64,000 bases of DNA from Magallana gigas (lineage: Eukaryota). The position numbers were made by a program, and so were the translations under genes. The DNA is taken from the NCBI RefSeq assembly GCF_963853765.1, contig NC_088856.1, forward strand, positions 38,936,001-39,000,000. Direction: 5' to 3'. A model generated the notes under the pieces. That model searched no databases, was not told the origin of the DNA, and saw only the letters and a program-made list of their open reading frames with translations. Positions 1-13,500 of this stretch are shown one piece after another (positions within the stretch are counted from its first letter, which is position 1; each line of letters begins with the position of its first letter).

Positions 1-89
1 AGCAACTATTATTGATTTTGAAAAGGACATGTCGTTAAACTAAAGTATACATGTTTTCGTCATAAAAAAATCGCCGATATTTTTATTGG

Positions 90-330
90 CCGGCTTAAAG
101 GTGGCTTAAATAAGTTTGGACAATAAGTTGCTCTTAAATGTGGCTTAAGGTCGCTTAAATATTGTCTTCAAGCAGCCTTAACACACCTTTAAGCCATCCT
201 TACGCTTTCTTTTAGATCCCTTTAAGCAGCTTATATACCTTTAAAGTGGCTTAAAGATCGTCTTTAAGCTACTTTTAACCACCTTTAAGCTATCTTTAAG
301 GAAAACTTAAAGATGGTCATTTATCCTGTG
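90..330. repeat. CTTAA/TTAAG-rich fold-back repeat, probably one end of a non-autonomous DNA transposon
   Basis: About 20 CTTAA/TTAAG motifs at ~11-bp spacing. GCTTAAAGGTGGCTTAAA (93-110) is the reverse complement of TTTTAACCACCTTTAAGC (273-290) with 1 mismatch. Confidence 0.5.
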
Positions 331-3300
331 AATGAAATAGACAACGTCAATGAATGCTTTCACAAGAACTATAAATATCACTGATCTCCCCCGGAACAAA
401 GCACAACCGTTCAACTTCTCAGTCCGGAAACATCATTTGTCCTAATGTTATCATTTCAGATAAAATATTTATTATAAATCGTCCTATTTTTACAGAATGT
501 CTTTGGTATACCAAAATCAAAGCAACTTTTTTGTCTAAATTGTACATGTATGAATGGGTAATTCTTAATGATTTTGAAGGACATTCTTAACAATTATGAC
601 ACCTTAAATAAGTTTTCTTTTGTCATTTACAGGTACAGTGGTAATAAGCGAGATCGTGCGCATGTCAGGAAAATTAGTTAACTTTGCGTTTTTTATCGTG
701 CGTAATCGTGTGCGGTTTTTTTGGGTAACTTTTTACAGAATATCAGGATTTATTCTAAAACAACGACGAGTAGTTTTTAAAACCATTTGACTTTAAAACC
801 TTTTATAGAAGACTATTGACAACTGTTTACCTTCATGTACATTTATCATGTCAGCGCTAATTTAAAGAAAAAATATTCTCTCTTTTGTCGTTGAATAGTG
901 AGTATTTCATCCAATCAAAGTTTTGCATGATTTTGAGAGCAGTCTTTATCAAACCTAATGTATTTTGACACATAAATTAAAATCATTTTTGTGTCAAGCA
1001 AGAGAAACATGCTGAATTAAAGTGGTCAAGCTTATGTATTCCTCGATTAAAATTAAACAATTATTTTCTTAGATTTCTTTCAAATGAATATATTTGTCGC
1101 TTTTTAAAAATACACGAGCATTGTTGAATGAACATTGTTTAAACAAGATTTTTTTTATAAATATTTAGCAATTAACTGTCGTTTGTCTAATAACTTTGAT
1201 GCTTTTTGATATATACATGTACGTTCACATAAATTTTATTGTAACGTAGGAACTCTTTTCATGTTTTAATAGTTTCATTATGTATGCCCAACGTTTAAAT
1301 TAAAAAAAAAAGTTAAATGATCCTTTGAGATTTTTCAAGAAGAATATCAAGAAAATAAACTTTATAAAATAAAAATAAATCTGTCAACATTACCTTTTTT
1401 ATAGAAACCATATCGCACTCCGATTTTTCCCTTTCCTCTACTCTACATGAAATAGGGCGACTTCAACGGAACGTTTAGTTCTTTTAATAATTATGTACCA
1501 ACAGTTTTTGATTTCACAAACCATGAATATATATGGGCTTTTAAATGCATCAAAACACGAAGTGAATCACGCAGTTGAGCAGGGTGTATGTTCAATATTA
1601 CTTGACTTATACAAAAATAGCACTCCGATGACAGAGATAGTAAACTTGATCAATAGAAACATCCAATTTGATTTTTTACTCTCCTCTTTGAGTAAATTTA
1701 TGTACCCTAACCTGTAATGCGCTTATAAATTTAAAAACATTCACTAATGTTTCAATGATTCCTAGAATGATTCAAACAAAGAATCAGACATTGGCGGCGA
1801 CAGGCGATTTTTAAAATACTTTTTAATCCCCAAACTATCAATAAAATGTTTCGTATAAATTTTGTTTTTTGAATCAAATGTGTGCCCGGATACGAAAACA
1901 TTAAAGGATTTTGCGCTTAGATATGCATCAGAATAAAAAAAAATTTCTGAACAGCAAATATTTTAAAGCTCTCGTTGGGTTGGGTTTGCTTTTCTTTAAT
2001 GATTTTTTTAAGTAATGGCGTAAAAGGAGGTTTACCTTTGACGTTTTCTAAACCAATCTCACAACACCGAACCTTTTATGTTGTTGTTTAGCCCCTTTGA
2101 AATCTAATGTATCAAATTGTTCATAGAGTTATGTTTGATATAATATTAAGACAATTAACGCATTTCTCATTATCAAAATAATCTTACATTACTTACGATT
2201 TCCTTATTTTGTTTTTCAAATTTTACATTGCTCACAAACTATAACTTGTTACACATAACCTGTTACACAAATCAACCAACCTATTTTGACTTACATGATT
2301 GTATGAATGAAAAACCTTATTTTAGATGTGAAGATCGAGGATAGTACCTCATAACAATGAAAACTGAACAAATTCAAATTCGACGTAGTGAAAAATTGAA
2401 TGATTAAAACACTTAACTTCAAAATTGAACTGAGTTGAAAAATGTTTGACTTTTACAAATATACAAAATAATTAGAGGTTCGAATTCAGTTAACAGTAAG
2501 TCATAAATTATTATCAGAGCAAATGATTCAACATCAACACTGCATGTTTTACAGAACCGACGATGAAAGCGGACCAATGACCAATGTAATCAATTGAAAA
2601 GGGCATGCATTCTGCTAAAAAATCATGCAAATCCTATTCTCTATACTTACAACACATGAGACGATTTGGCTACGTGAGTGAAAATAAAACCATTTACTCA
2701 GTAATGTGGCAGTTCTGCTTGTATGCTTTCAAGGAAGATGGGGATGCTATGGATTATACAGGTCTCGTGAGTGGGTAATTCATGTATGTATACGTAGAAG
2801 TCGTGCGAGGCAATTTACTTTGCGAGCATGACGTTAAACCCTTACCTTAAGCCTACCGGACATAAGAACTAAAATAGTACGACATTTTCTTTTGTGTTTT
2901 AAGATAAAGACTACAACAAAACCTAGATAGTTTAAGCGATCTATTTGCGATCTATTTGAGTCATTTCTCGATGAATTATTTTTTTTACTTTGTGATTTTG
3001 CTGCAGATTTACTCTTTAAAGCTCTTTTACTTGATTACAAAAAATGGGCTAGTTCAAAAACAGAAATGATTAGTTTTATAGAAATCAATTTGTGCTCCTA
3101 TATTTCAAATGACCTAATTTCCCTTAGCTAGCATATAAGAATACATGATAACAAAGAATTACTTAAAATATGTATAATTCCGTTAATAACGCTAAAATGA
3201 CCTACAAAAAATCCTTTTAAAGAGATTTTATATTTGCGACGGGGATTTATGCCTAAAAATTATTGTCATCCAGTGTTTAACACACTGTATAGGCAATATC

Positions 3301-3421
3301 TCTTATTAAAATGTGTGTTCTTCACTTACTTCCCTTTACTTCTCCGACATATTAGTTTTCAATTTCTATAGTAAAGTTTGCTAAACAACCCTGCATAACG
3401 GCGAACCCATTATCGATGTTT

Positions 3422-4360
3422 TACGCGGGGGTGTTAAGGAAGCTGAGTTGCATGTAATTCCGTGAAATCACAAATCTTAGTTATTATGTACATATTCAAA
3501 TATCTAAGCAACAAAACGTAGATCAAAAACAAATAAAAATACTGAAGACAATTTTTTATCCAGAAATTAGTTTGTGTTACGTAGATTTACACATTGATGA
3601 CGTCATGTCTGAAAGTTGAATGTCGTGTGAATTTGATCGGAAAGCATTGTAAACATATTCAAAATATAACTAATCTAAGAATTCAAATAAAGTATTGTGG
3701 TGTAAATTATTGAGAATTGAACATAAAAATACTGGGGGAGATGTTAGTTTTATCAATCATTCGCTAAAAGCCATGTAAATTTGCTTTTATTTCCCGGCCA
3801 GGCTTTTCTCTGTCGTTGTTTACGATGTGAAAACCCGACTAGAACAACACTAACCCGTATATATTGAACTTGGAATTTTATCGTTAGTTTGATAAATGCT
3901 TAAATTGAAAAGTGCTGCTAGATTCCCATGTTGTGTGTTGTTTTGATGCAATTTGCCGTTTTCCGTGCAAACTATATAAAAGTTGGGAAGGTTTTACTAG
4001 ATCGGATAAATAACTTTTTAATAAGGACAAACATAGGATTTTAGCAGCGGTTTTGATTAAACGGAGATGTTTTGCTTTTACTTGATATGCTTATTTTATT
4101 TTGGAAACCGCGGGGTAGTGTTGTTCTATCTTATTTTATGTTAAGGAATATTAATACGTAAGCTATTTATAGTTGTCACGTGATAATGTACCAATGTAGC
4201 AGTAATGTACTACCCGATTTTATTGCACTGACATCTATTGTAAAGGATAATACTAAGTTTTTGATCTCATTCAAAATAATTATTTAATTTCACGATTTTG
4301 AATATAACAGTCAAAATAAGACGCTAAATTGCCCATATGCTTCCTTAACACCTCCGCGTA
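3422..4360. mobile_element. MITE-like non-autonomous DNA transposon, ~940 bp, probable TA target-site duplication
   Basis: Terminal inverted repeats TACGCGGGGGTGTTAAGGAAGC (3422-3443) and GCTTCCTTAACACCTCCGCGTA (4339-4360), 21/22 match. No coding capacity seen. Confidence 0.75.
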
Positions 4361-4872
4361 GTTCATTCACTAAAACACATTACAGTGGATACAAAATTAG
4401 GACACACACGTTTTTAAGGAAAACATGACAATCCTTGCACTAAAAAGGAACATCACATGAAAGAGACTTAACAAAACATACTGCAATCCAGCTATAGTCG
4501 CACTTTCAAGATCTTTGATTGTTGCAAGAAAAGTCTCCGGTATTATACTAATTCTGTCATATCAACGCACATGTGCAAACTATAAACTGCAGTAGATCGG
4601 GTTGATGAAAGTATGAACTTCAGAAAACGGAATGTTTATATGTATAAACTGATGAAAAATTGACAAAACGATGTTATTATCTTGCAGTTATTATTGTTTA
4701 TGTAGTGTTGGGGAATAAAATATATGATGCAGACCTTATACCTTTCGTATGAACCACACACGTGTTTGATGTGCAGGCAAACAAAGATAGTGCTAATTGT
4801 GCTTAATAATTCGGATACCTTAATGAAAACATGACAATAATCTCAAAAATCCATAAAACGAAATACAAATTC

Positions 4873-4924
4873 AAAGCAGAGCAACACGGACCTCCAAACA
4901 GATAGAGGTAGGATCAGGTGCCTA
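4873..4924 (+). repeat. Fragment of a short interspersed repeat (SINE-like)
   Basis: CACGGACCTC...AGAGGTAGGATCAGGTGCCT matches the reverse complement of 32300-32345, so two dispersed copies occur in this window. Confidence 0.55.
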
Positions 4925-6425
4925 AACCGCTTTTTAAAAAATGCCCTATTTTTTCTATTGATAGCACTAAATCGCACGTGTGGTAGTGTCGATTTTGCGT
5001 GTGTTTGTATATTTGAATAAAAAGATCAATATGTATGTTTAAATAAAATAAAATATGTCTTCATGTTTATGTTGTTTTCATCAAATCATCATTTCATTCT
5101 ATATTCATCTTCTTCCATTGCATGTAACTATTAATAACTAAACAACCTAACCGACGAGACAGTTGTAAAAATATCAACGTATTTGATTGGCCTAGCCACT
5201 TTGGCTACAGGTTCTGAGAGTGACCAGACCAGTTACGACTCAGGGCGTAGGCAGAGCATATTCTAGCCACTTACGTATTACTAAATAGTTACATACAGAA
5301 CGCACAGTAAGTCGTTTTTATCTCCCACTAATATTTCCTCTTTTGAATGAGTGAATAAATGAATGTTTTTTTAGTCTGCTAGACGTATACATTAATTTAG
5401 TATTCTGATAATTTTACTTTATAAATAATGAAAACGTAATGTTGAAGCTTACTTGTAACGCTGTATTCTATCCTCTAATATTTCATGTACTTTTTAATTG
5501 AAATACAGCACTGTTCCAGGTATATGTGACAGCTACATTGCCCAGATATAGTTAGCATTAGACTCTGCTCGATTCCATAAATCGGTACGATATTCTTAAA
5601 TATGCACATTATTACATTGATATTATATGTAATTCTAGACTACTACATGTATTTGATAGCCAACTATAACAAGTAACTGAGTATATAGTTGCTGATATCC
5701 ATTTTAAATTATCAAGTTCAATAACATAAACGTAATTATTTCATTGCCAATGTTAGAGGCTATGGGACTGTGTGTTTTATTTATATAGCAAATACATGTG
5801 AGCGTGCAAATGACATTATTATTTGTCATATTGTATATTAATATTTATGTTGATTATTGTAGGGCTGATCCCATAAATACTATAGTCCTTGGGTCAGGCA
5901 ATAAAGTGAGAATAACCCACAACCGGACTTGTTTTTCTTAATAAAACACCGGCTACACATGTTTCATGCATTTAGAAGTCCATACAACCCAAAAGCCTCG
6001 ATTGGAGGGCAACCATACAAACTAAATCTCTCGACCAACAGTCGAAAATAATATGGTGCCCAAACTGTCGTCAGCTTTAAGGTCAGCTTTCATTCATCTT
6101 AAATTATAACATACAATCATATTTTCGTCTTAAACGTATGTAGATTATGACAAATCTTAATTAAATTTATTCATTATTATTACTTATCATATTTTGTGTT
6201 TCAACACATACATGTATACTGTAGTCATACAGTTAATCTCCCGTGAACAATCTAATCCTATCAACAACAACCCTTTCACTGTGTCAATTTTCCTATGCCT
6301 CAATCCCTGAAGTTTACTAATATACAGTTCAAAATCATTTACAGCAGGTACATTTACTCCAAAAATGCCCGTTAGTATCTCGATGTATACATGTAATGCG
6401 TAATGCGTAAACATGAAATTTGTTA

Positions 6426-7051
6426 TACCGTATATCAGGTTTTTTCCGCGTCATGTTTTTTTAGCGATTTAGAACCTAGAACGGTATATAAAATTTACGC
6501 GAATCAAATTTTCACTATTTCAAAGTCATAGTTAAAATATAATTTAAGATTGTTTAACCCTGTGAAGTAAGAGGGTAAAAGTATCTAAATTGCCGCTCTT
6601 TATAATTAAAAATTCGGACAAACCATTTACATGTACACGATTTCTTTAATGTTAAATAATTACCAATAATTATGTCCAGAGACGCAAACAGTCATAGATA
6701 AATAGATCATGTACCGTTACATATACCAGTAGCTCAGTTATGATTAGACATTGGTTTACGCAAGAAAAGCGACCGTTTTAATTAGCTTGTCAATGGATTA
6801 TTAAATAAAGTACGAGGCTTACAAACCTATTATCTTGTGCTTGCTTCCGATCCCGCAATTTCTACTCTAAACTTACTGAACACAATTCATTGTACTTTTA
6901 CATACCTGTTTTCTTCATAAGGATAGAGAGAACTATATTTTAAGAACAACACTTTGTATCAAATTTACGCTGATATATTTTCCGCGATTCAGAAATTGTC
7001 GCGAACAAAGCGGAAATTGGATACACGCGGAAAAAAAACTGATATACGGTA
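6426..7051. mobile_element. MITE, ~626 bp, with TACCGTA...TACGGTA termini
   Basis: Left TACCGTATATCAGGTTTTTTCCGCGT versus right ACGCGGAAAAAAAACTGATATACGGTA, ~26-bp TIR. TSD is either TA or the flanking TGTTA direct repeat (6421-6425, 7052-7056). Confidence 0.8.
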
Positions 7052-8624
7052 TGTTATAGTGTAAATGTTAAAGTAAATCAATAACTTCACATGTCGGCTC
7101 GAACGCATTCCAGGTTGGTATTCCAACGCAACGGGATATAACCCTAACTGACATGTTAAGCACCACGACATTGTCAGCATTAAGATATCTTCGTTAATAT
7201 TCTCCGTCATATACAGCATACATGTACAATTTCTGTTTCTAAAGATTGGTTTTCCATGCTTGTTTTTGTCCATATTCTATAGGATATTTTTACGTGAAAA
7301 CGAATGACTTTCTTTTTTCGACTATGAGATATAAACCAACGAAGATGCTTCCTGATCTTTTATAAACCAATCTGTTTGATGTATTTTTCCGTGTCTGACT
7401 GTTACCTCTTCGTCTGTTACAGTCACTGTTGATCAGTTTTCCTTGACTTGTCACTGTGATATCATAAGGCCCAAAATGATATATAGTTGTTGGAGACCAT
7501 TTTATTTACAAACCCATGTTTATCAATAAATATATAAATATTTCCTCTTCACGGTCTGTTGTGAAAGTGAGTGAAATTTTAATTTTTGACAGTGAAAAAT
7601 GTAATTTTTTTATATGCCGCCCCCCCCCCATTATATTCGACTTTTCATGAACTTATGTGCTTGTGATAAAATGAGTGGTATCAAATCCGAATATATTTAC
7701 AGCATTTCGATTTAAAATTTTATCGTTTCTGTTTATAACAACTGTTGAAAGCATATTAGAATCAATTTACAAAATAAATTCTCCAAACAAAATTTAATTT
7801 GAATAGAATTATAATCATAGTATTTTTGAACAAATTAATATAAGTCCTCCGATTTTTTTATTTTTTTATTATTTTTTTTTTTTGGGGGGGGGGGGGGGTC
7901 TTATAGTATTATTTTTAGTGTATATACACATTAACACAAGGTTAAATAGAAACCAAAAAAAAAAATTTTTTGAAAGTATTATGATGCAATATACATTGCT
8001 GTAATGTGAAACCTAAAAACTGTGATTTTTTTTTGCCTGATAGATACGAAGAAAAAGTAGATAATGAGATTCAAAAATCATTCTTGAATCAAAATGATAA
8101 TCATTTGTATATTTATATTTTGCCCCCTAGAAATCCCCCAAAACACAGTATGTGTTATAATTTTTTTTTTTATTTCAACTCTTTTGGAAATATCAAAAAG
8201 AAATGTGTTCCAGTATACGATATTGAGGTAAGCTTTGTTGAATCTGTTTTTTAAAATTCAATTTCCTTCTATGTTATTTTCATTTCGAAATAGTTTTTGT
8301 TTTGCAATTAGTTCCAATTGTCTTTAACATTAGAATAGACTGACGTTAAATTTCACCTAATAATTTACAAATGACTAAGCGGAGAATGAAAGAAAGCTGA
8401 TATTCCCCTGATTGAACTTAGTTTCTTTACACTCAGACGGAAAACATCGATCATAGATAAATGTAACCAAACTTTTGTCAATAAACGTATTATATATGCA
8501 TTTTGTTATTACCTTAAACATTTTCTGATAAATGTTTTTTTTAGCCTATCTGATAATTAAGCACTAAACCAAATTTTACTTTTTTCCGCTGAGATTTCAA
8601 AAAGGCAAACCTCTCTCCAATGTG

Positions 8625-10473
8625 TTAAACTGCTATATTTGAGATCACTTCATAATGAACTGGTTCTGATAATCTGTCATTAGGACATTGATAACTATGC
8701 TTTTGAGAATGTCTTTTGTGTGTGATTTTGCGTACAAAAATAATTAAAAGTGCTATCAAAACTAAACCAACTATACAAATCATCGTTATGGACATGCTAT
8801 TTGAGTTAAACCAGGTTCTAAGCCGTTCCAGGAAAACATCATCACTAGATCCTTCTATATCAGGAGTCAGATTACCCATATTGTTCATCGTAATTGAAGA
8901 TGAGATGTCGTAAGGAGTATCTCTGTAGTCTTCACCTTTAGCGTAAACTTCATTTGTTGTTTCGTCTTCTATCCAAAAAAAAATATATAAAAACTTATTT
9001 TTTAAAAATATTAAGATATAATTTTTAGATAGCTAAAACCCAATAGAAAAAAAGGAAATGAATCATGTGGTAAGTAGAAAAAACAACCCTTTGATACTGT
9101 AAAAAGGGGGCGAAATTGATAAAACAAAAAATGGTAAAAAGTCTTTGCAAATCCTTTTTCGTACTTTTGCTTAATTAACTACATTCAGACTGATAATTGT
9201 AAACAAAAATTTAAAAAAAGTCTATAGGCCACATGGTTTACTCAAGCATTAAATTAAAAATTATCTATTAATAATCAATATTGGACTATTCTTTAGATAT
9301 GTCTTGGTTCAAACAAATGTAATTTATCGGCAAACACTTTAGCGCATGTAGGACTGCCTTATGACAGCTCATAGCTTTTAGATGAAATTCCAATGCATGC
9401 AGTTGACATACCTGAGATATAAAGAATCATTTTAATGAAATGATGTCATGATTTTCAAATAGTTAAGCGTTTAAAATAAATTATTAACTTAAATTAACAG
9501 CGCCAGACTGCACCTTCCTAATATCTCAGCAGTTTTCTGAGTACTTACCAGCTTATTAGTTGGTTTGTTAACTCAACATCCCTGCCGTTTCCTATTGGAT
9601 TCTTTAATTAACTTATTAACGCATGACATTCACAACTTATTCAATCATTGCCTACCTGTTTCCCCAACGTTTTCTTTAAAAACGAACTAAAATAGCCAAT
9701 GCAAACGAATTCGACCACTTTGAGTAAAGCAATTCGACACTGTACTCACTTGAACAACCTTTTGCAAAATCACATACTTCTTTAGAACATTGAGAACAAT
9801 TTTGTTGGCAACCAGAACCAAAACTAGGATATAAACAGGTTCTGTTACAATTGATTCCATAAAACCCTGGCTTACATCCTGAAATAGGAAACAATAAAAA
9901 AAGGAGGTTGAAACTTTGTTTAATGAACTTCTACAACCATCTGCATGGCTTTATACCCGTACTGTTTTTTTTTCATAGAGTACGAAAGTGTCAAAGGTAT
10001 TTAAAAATTGTGCATGGAATATGTTAGTTTAATTATGGAAATGGCACACTTTGTTTTAAAAAATAAGCTTACCTGTACAGTTTCCTAAAATTTCGTCCCA
10101 TTCATAGTCTGCACAACAGTTATTGTATCTGAAAAAAAATGTTTTTACTTATCTACAAAAAGACACTACATGTACCAAGCTAAAATGTACATTGAAATAT
10201 CTCTTTTGATCTAATTAATGTATCTAAAAGATCCCAAAGTTCAAAACCGTATAGTCTTTGTTTATTAATCGTTTGTCAATGGAAGATGATTGAAATTGAC
10301 AATCAACTTTTTAGCTATTAGAGATGTATATTACAAAGAGCCAAGCCCTAAAGTAAGTATGTGGCAATGCGTGTCACAGCAATGATGACGGAAGCACAAA
10401 ACAAAAAATCTTACCCTTTTTCTTGGCACTGAAAGGCACAGGTTTTAGCAACAAAAATCACGAAAATCAACAT
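8625..10473 (-). CDS. Gene A1: small type-I membrane receptor with one MEGF10/Draper/SCARF-like EGF module and a cytoplasmic ITIM-like motif (195 aa)
   Basis: Exons 10415-10473, 10073-10128, 9750-9878, 8625-8968, all GT-AG, phases 2/1/1, 588 nt, open. Protein: MLIFVIFVAKTCAFQCQEKG-YNNCCADYEWDEILGNCT-GCKPGFYGINCNRTCLYPSFGSGCQQNCSQCSKEVCDFAKGCS-KDETTNE...RTWFNSNSMSITMICIVGLVLIALLIIFVRK...EPVHYEVISNIAV*. Confidence 0.85.
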
Positions 10474-10571
10474 GACAATGTCAGGAGGAATAAAATATAC
10501 TATAGTTTCTATGATACTCTCCCAAAATAAATATATATTTCCTGTCGAACTCGCAATAAGAATTCAAAGTA

Positions 10572-10588
10572 AAATTATTTCCGTAAAC
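10572..10588. promoter_or_regulatory. Conserved upstream block AATTATTTCCGTAAAC, ~100 nt 5' of the A-type start codons
   Basis: 16 identical nt in A1 (10573-10588) and the divergent A3 (53813-53828); TTCCCTAAA in A2 (35967-35975). Contains TTCCGTAAA, which fits TTNCNNNAA (GAS/STAT-like). Function is inference. Confidence 0.35.
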
Positions 10589-13500
10589 ATTTTCCATAAG
10601 GAAACACTTTACATTTATAATTAAGGTTTGTATTGCGATCATTCCAGGGAGTGAATAATATAAATTAACCTAAGCGTACATGTAGTAACCAATCAAATAT
10701 AATTAGTTGCATGTACTATCCATAAATGCATTTTCAATAGACATTATATTGTAAGTTGACAAATTAACTTGTTAGGTTATCTTTACAAGTTTATACTTTA
10801 AAATACAACATGTGTTACATGTTCATTTAAAGTATTACCCGACAACATTTATTTTTTTGCGTTCACTCTTGGAACATTTTACATTATTTTGCGACTGTGG
10901 TTTAACCTCAAAGTGAAAGACTAATTCAGCTTAGGTACAGTAAACCTATGGTAACACTCCAATGAGTATAAGTTTGTTCGCCTTCGCATATACTTATAAT
11001 GATTAATAAAATGAAGTCAGTGACATTTTGTTGTTATTTATTATTTATAGCGATCAGAGTGTTACACAGAATGAAAAACTAAATAAAAACACAATATATT
11101 AGAATGTCAGAACGGTTACTACACATTATTAGAAATATTGGGTCAGCCAGTGCAAGTCAACTTTACCGCTTAAGTTTCGATCGATCAAGAAACAACATCA
11201 ATCACATTTCAAGCAGTTTTTAAAGAATAAAGGAATGCGATTATCATACACCGAAATTGTGTCACTGGATTGCGTAGACTACAGTCTAGTCCAGGCACGT
11301 AGCATCCTTTTTGAAAAGAAGAGCTGTCCTAACGTTAATTTTGTCAATTTCATAACAATTGCGTGTAGGGAGGGGGGGGGCTCCTTATAAATTTATAAGT
11401 TTATATTGTACTGCAAACTTAACCATGAGTAAGGCGACTTTCTATACTAGAATATCCAAAAGGGCAAACATGTTTATATTCGATTGTCATTATGGCATTT
11501 ACATGTACAACGGTTTTAATTTCTGTATTGCCGAAGATCTAATGTATTTCTATTTTATTACTGAATTTAATAACACACATCATTAAAATTAAACCAATTA
11601 GTATGCAATTGATCATAAGAGACATTATCCATACGTTAAATAAAGCTGTAAAATATTCCATTAAAGGATTTAAATCAACAGGTCTTAATTGGTGAAATTC
11701 ACGTCTAATGATTTTAGAAAAGTAGCAATAGCAAGAATTCTATACTATAATAGCAAAGTCTCAATTACTAGGAGAAAAGGTTAAATTATGATACATGTAT
11801 GTTTCAAGAAGTCCGGCTAAGTCAACGAATTAGTTTTTCTGCCTCCCTCGACAAAAGGAATCAATGAATGAAATCCACAAATTTTCAAATGCCCTGACCA
11901 TTGAAATGTCCTAACTCAACTTGATAAGCCAGAATTTACGCGTCCATATTAAGTGTTCCAGTTTTCTACAGATGAATGGTTAACAATTTTTATTCAATTT
12001 AAAGAATGTTAATGCCAATATCTGCTATAATGGGGGTGGGGGCTAGAAACCATTTGAATGAACTAATTGACATACTTTTGAAGTGAACTAATGATATTGA
12101 TAAAAGTCCCTATCTTTTAGAATAAAATGAGAAAAAAAGAAAAGGAATACAAACTACTTAAGGTTTTCAAAAGATGTGGAAAAATTTACTACAACACTAC
12201 ATGCACACCAGTAGAGAACTTTGCGTTTTTTATAATAAAAATTACAAAATTGATCAGATAATCAATTTGTCTTTCAACGAAATGTCTTATATGTATTAAA
12301 ATAACTTTCCATCTTCGAAGTTGAAATAGTAAATGTTAATTGTTCTTCGAGATTTTAAAATATTCCTTAAAATTCTCGGATGTATACATACTGTGTTTAT
12401 TTGAATTAGTTCTATACTTTATTGATCTATATCGGTGTACATATATTCAATATTTGATAAATAGTTAAAAGTATATACTAAATATTGGAGAATATTCTAC
12501 GTTTTAACATATGCACCTGATAAAATATTCTCAATCGCTTGAAGTGCATTTTAATATCATTGTACCAACACTCATTTGTCAATGAAAATGGCACAGAACT
12601 TTAGTTCCTCAAATATAAAACACTTTTCATTTACGATGCACAAATCCGTGCTCAATTTTGACTGATTAGTTTTAATTTTAACCCATTTTGTGGAAAAAAA
12701 CTTATTTATTTAACAATTTATTTTTTAATGTTGTAGCTTAACTAGCAACACATTTTCCCGACCTCAAACAGTGACAAATGATATTCCTGTGCAGATCAAG
12801 AGTAATGAGTTGTCATTTTTATATTTAAACAAATCATAACTCACTTAACGATGCTGATAATGGTGTTATAAAGAATTGCGGGTACAGATTATGAGAAACC
12901 TTCTGTAGTGAATTTAAAAGGAATGTTTTCATTACAAATTATATTGAACAAAATAAGTTGAGCCATGTCGGTAAATCAGTTCGAAACTAGCCCAGATTTT
13001 TGTAAGCTGCGAATTGCAAGGGTAATGTATTTCAAGCAATGTAGCTGTACATCTTGTTATCCCGAATTTTTTTCGCAAAGCTTTTAATCTGAAGATAGAT
13101 AAAATGAACTTCTTGACTTTGAACAGAACAACTTCGTCAAATTATGAAGCAAAGCTATATAATATGAAAGAACACAAAAATGCACTAACTCTGTATTTTA
13201 CCCAAATTTCGACTGCTTTAATTTACCGGAGTTTGTTGCCAAACATTTTTTATTTTTTTTTTTATTATCAATATTGGTAATTTTTCATTTCTACTCAATT
13301 GAACTCTATCATAGAATTGTCAATAAGCAACGAATGAGGTTTCGATGATCTGTAATAACTTGAAGAGTTTTTTACCAAACAATACTTCCCATGGTAATGG
13401 TGCAATTAGACTTTAAACAAAAACATATTAGGGAAATTAATTAAATCAACAGAAAGCACTTTAGAATATATACAAGGTGTATTATCAATTTTTATTAATT

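Noticed and set aside
2704-2775. ATG...GTGAGT candidate first exon (MWQFCLYAFKEDG...)
   Set aside because: No downstream partner exons or homology recognised.
5192-5272. 10-bp direct repeat CTAGCCACTT flanking 61 bp
   Set aside because: Could be a TSD, but the insert has no TIR, tail or second copy here; too weak to call.
9360-9411. Possible alternative terminal exon giving a secreted A1 isoform (SMSTACIGISSKSYELS*)
   Set aside because: The acceptor AG is not conserved in A2 (CTG) and there is no transcript evidence.
9549-9591. AG..GT-flanked 43-nt candidate extra exon in A1
   Set aside because: It would shift the frame (phase 1 to 2), and the donor is not conserved in A2. Exon 3 to exon 4 splicing is already in frame.
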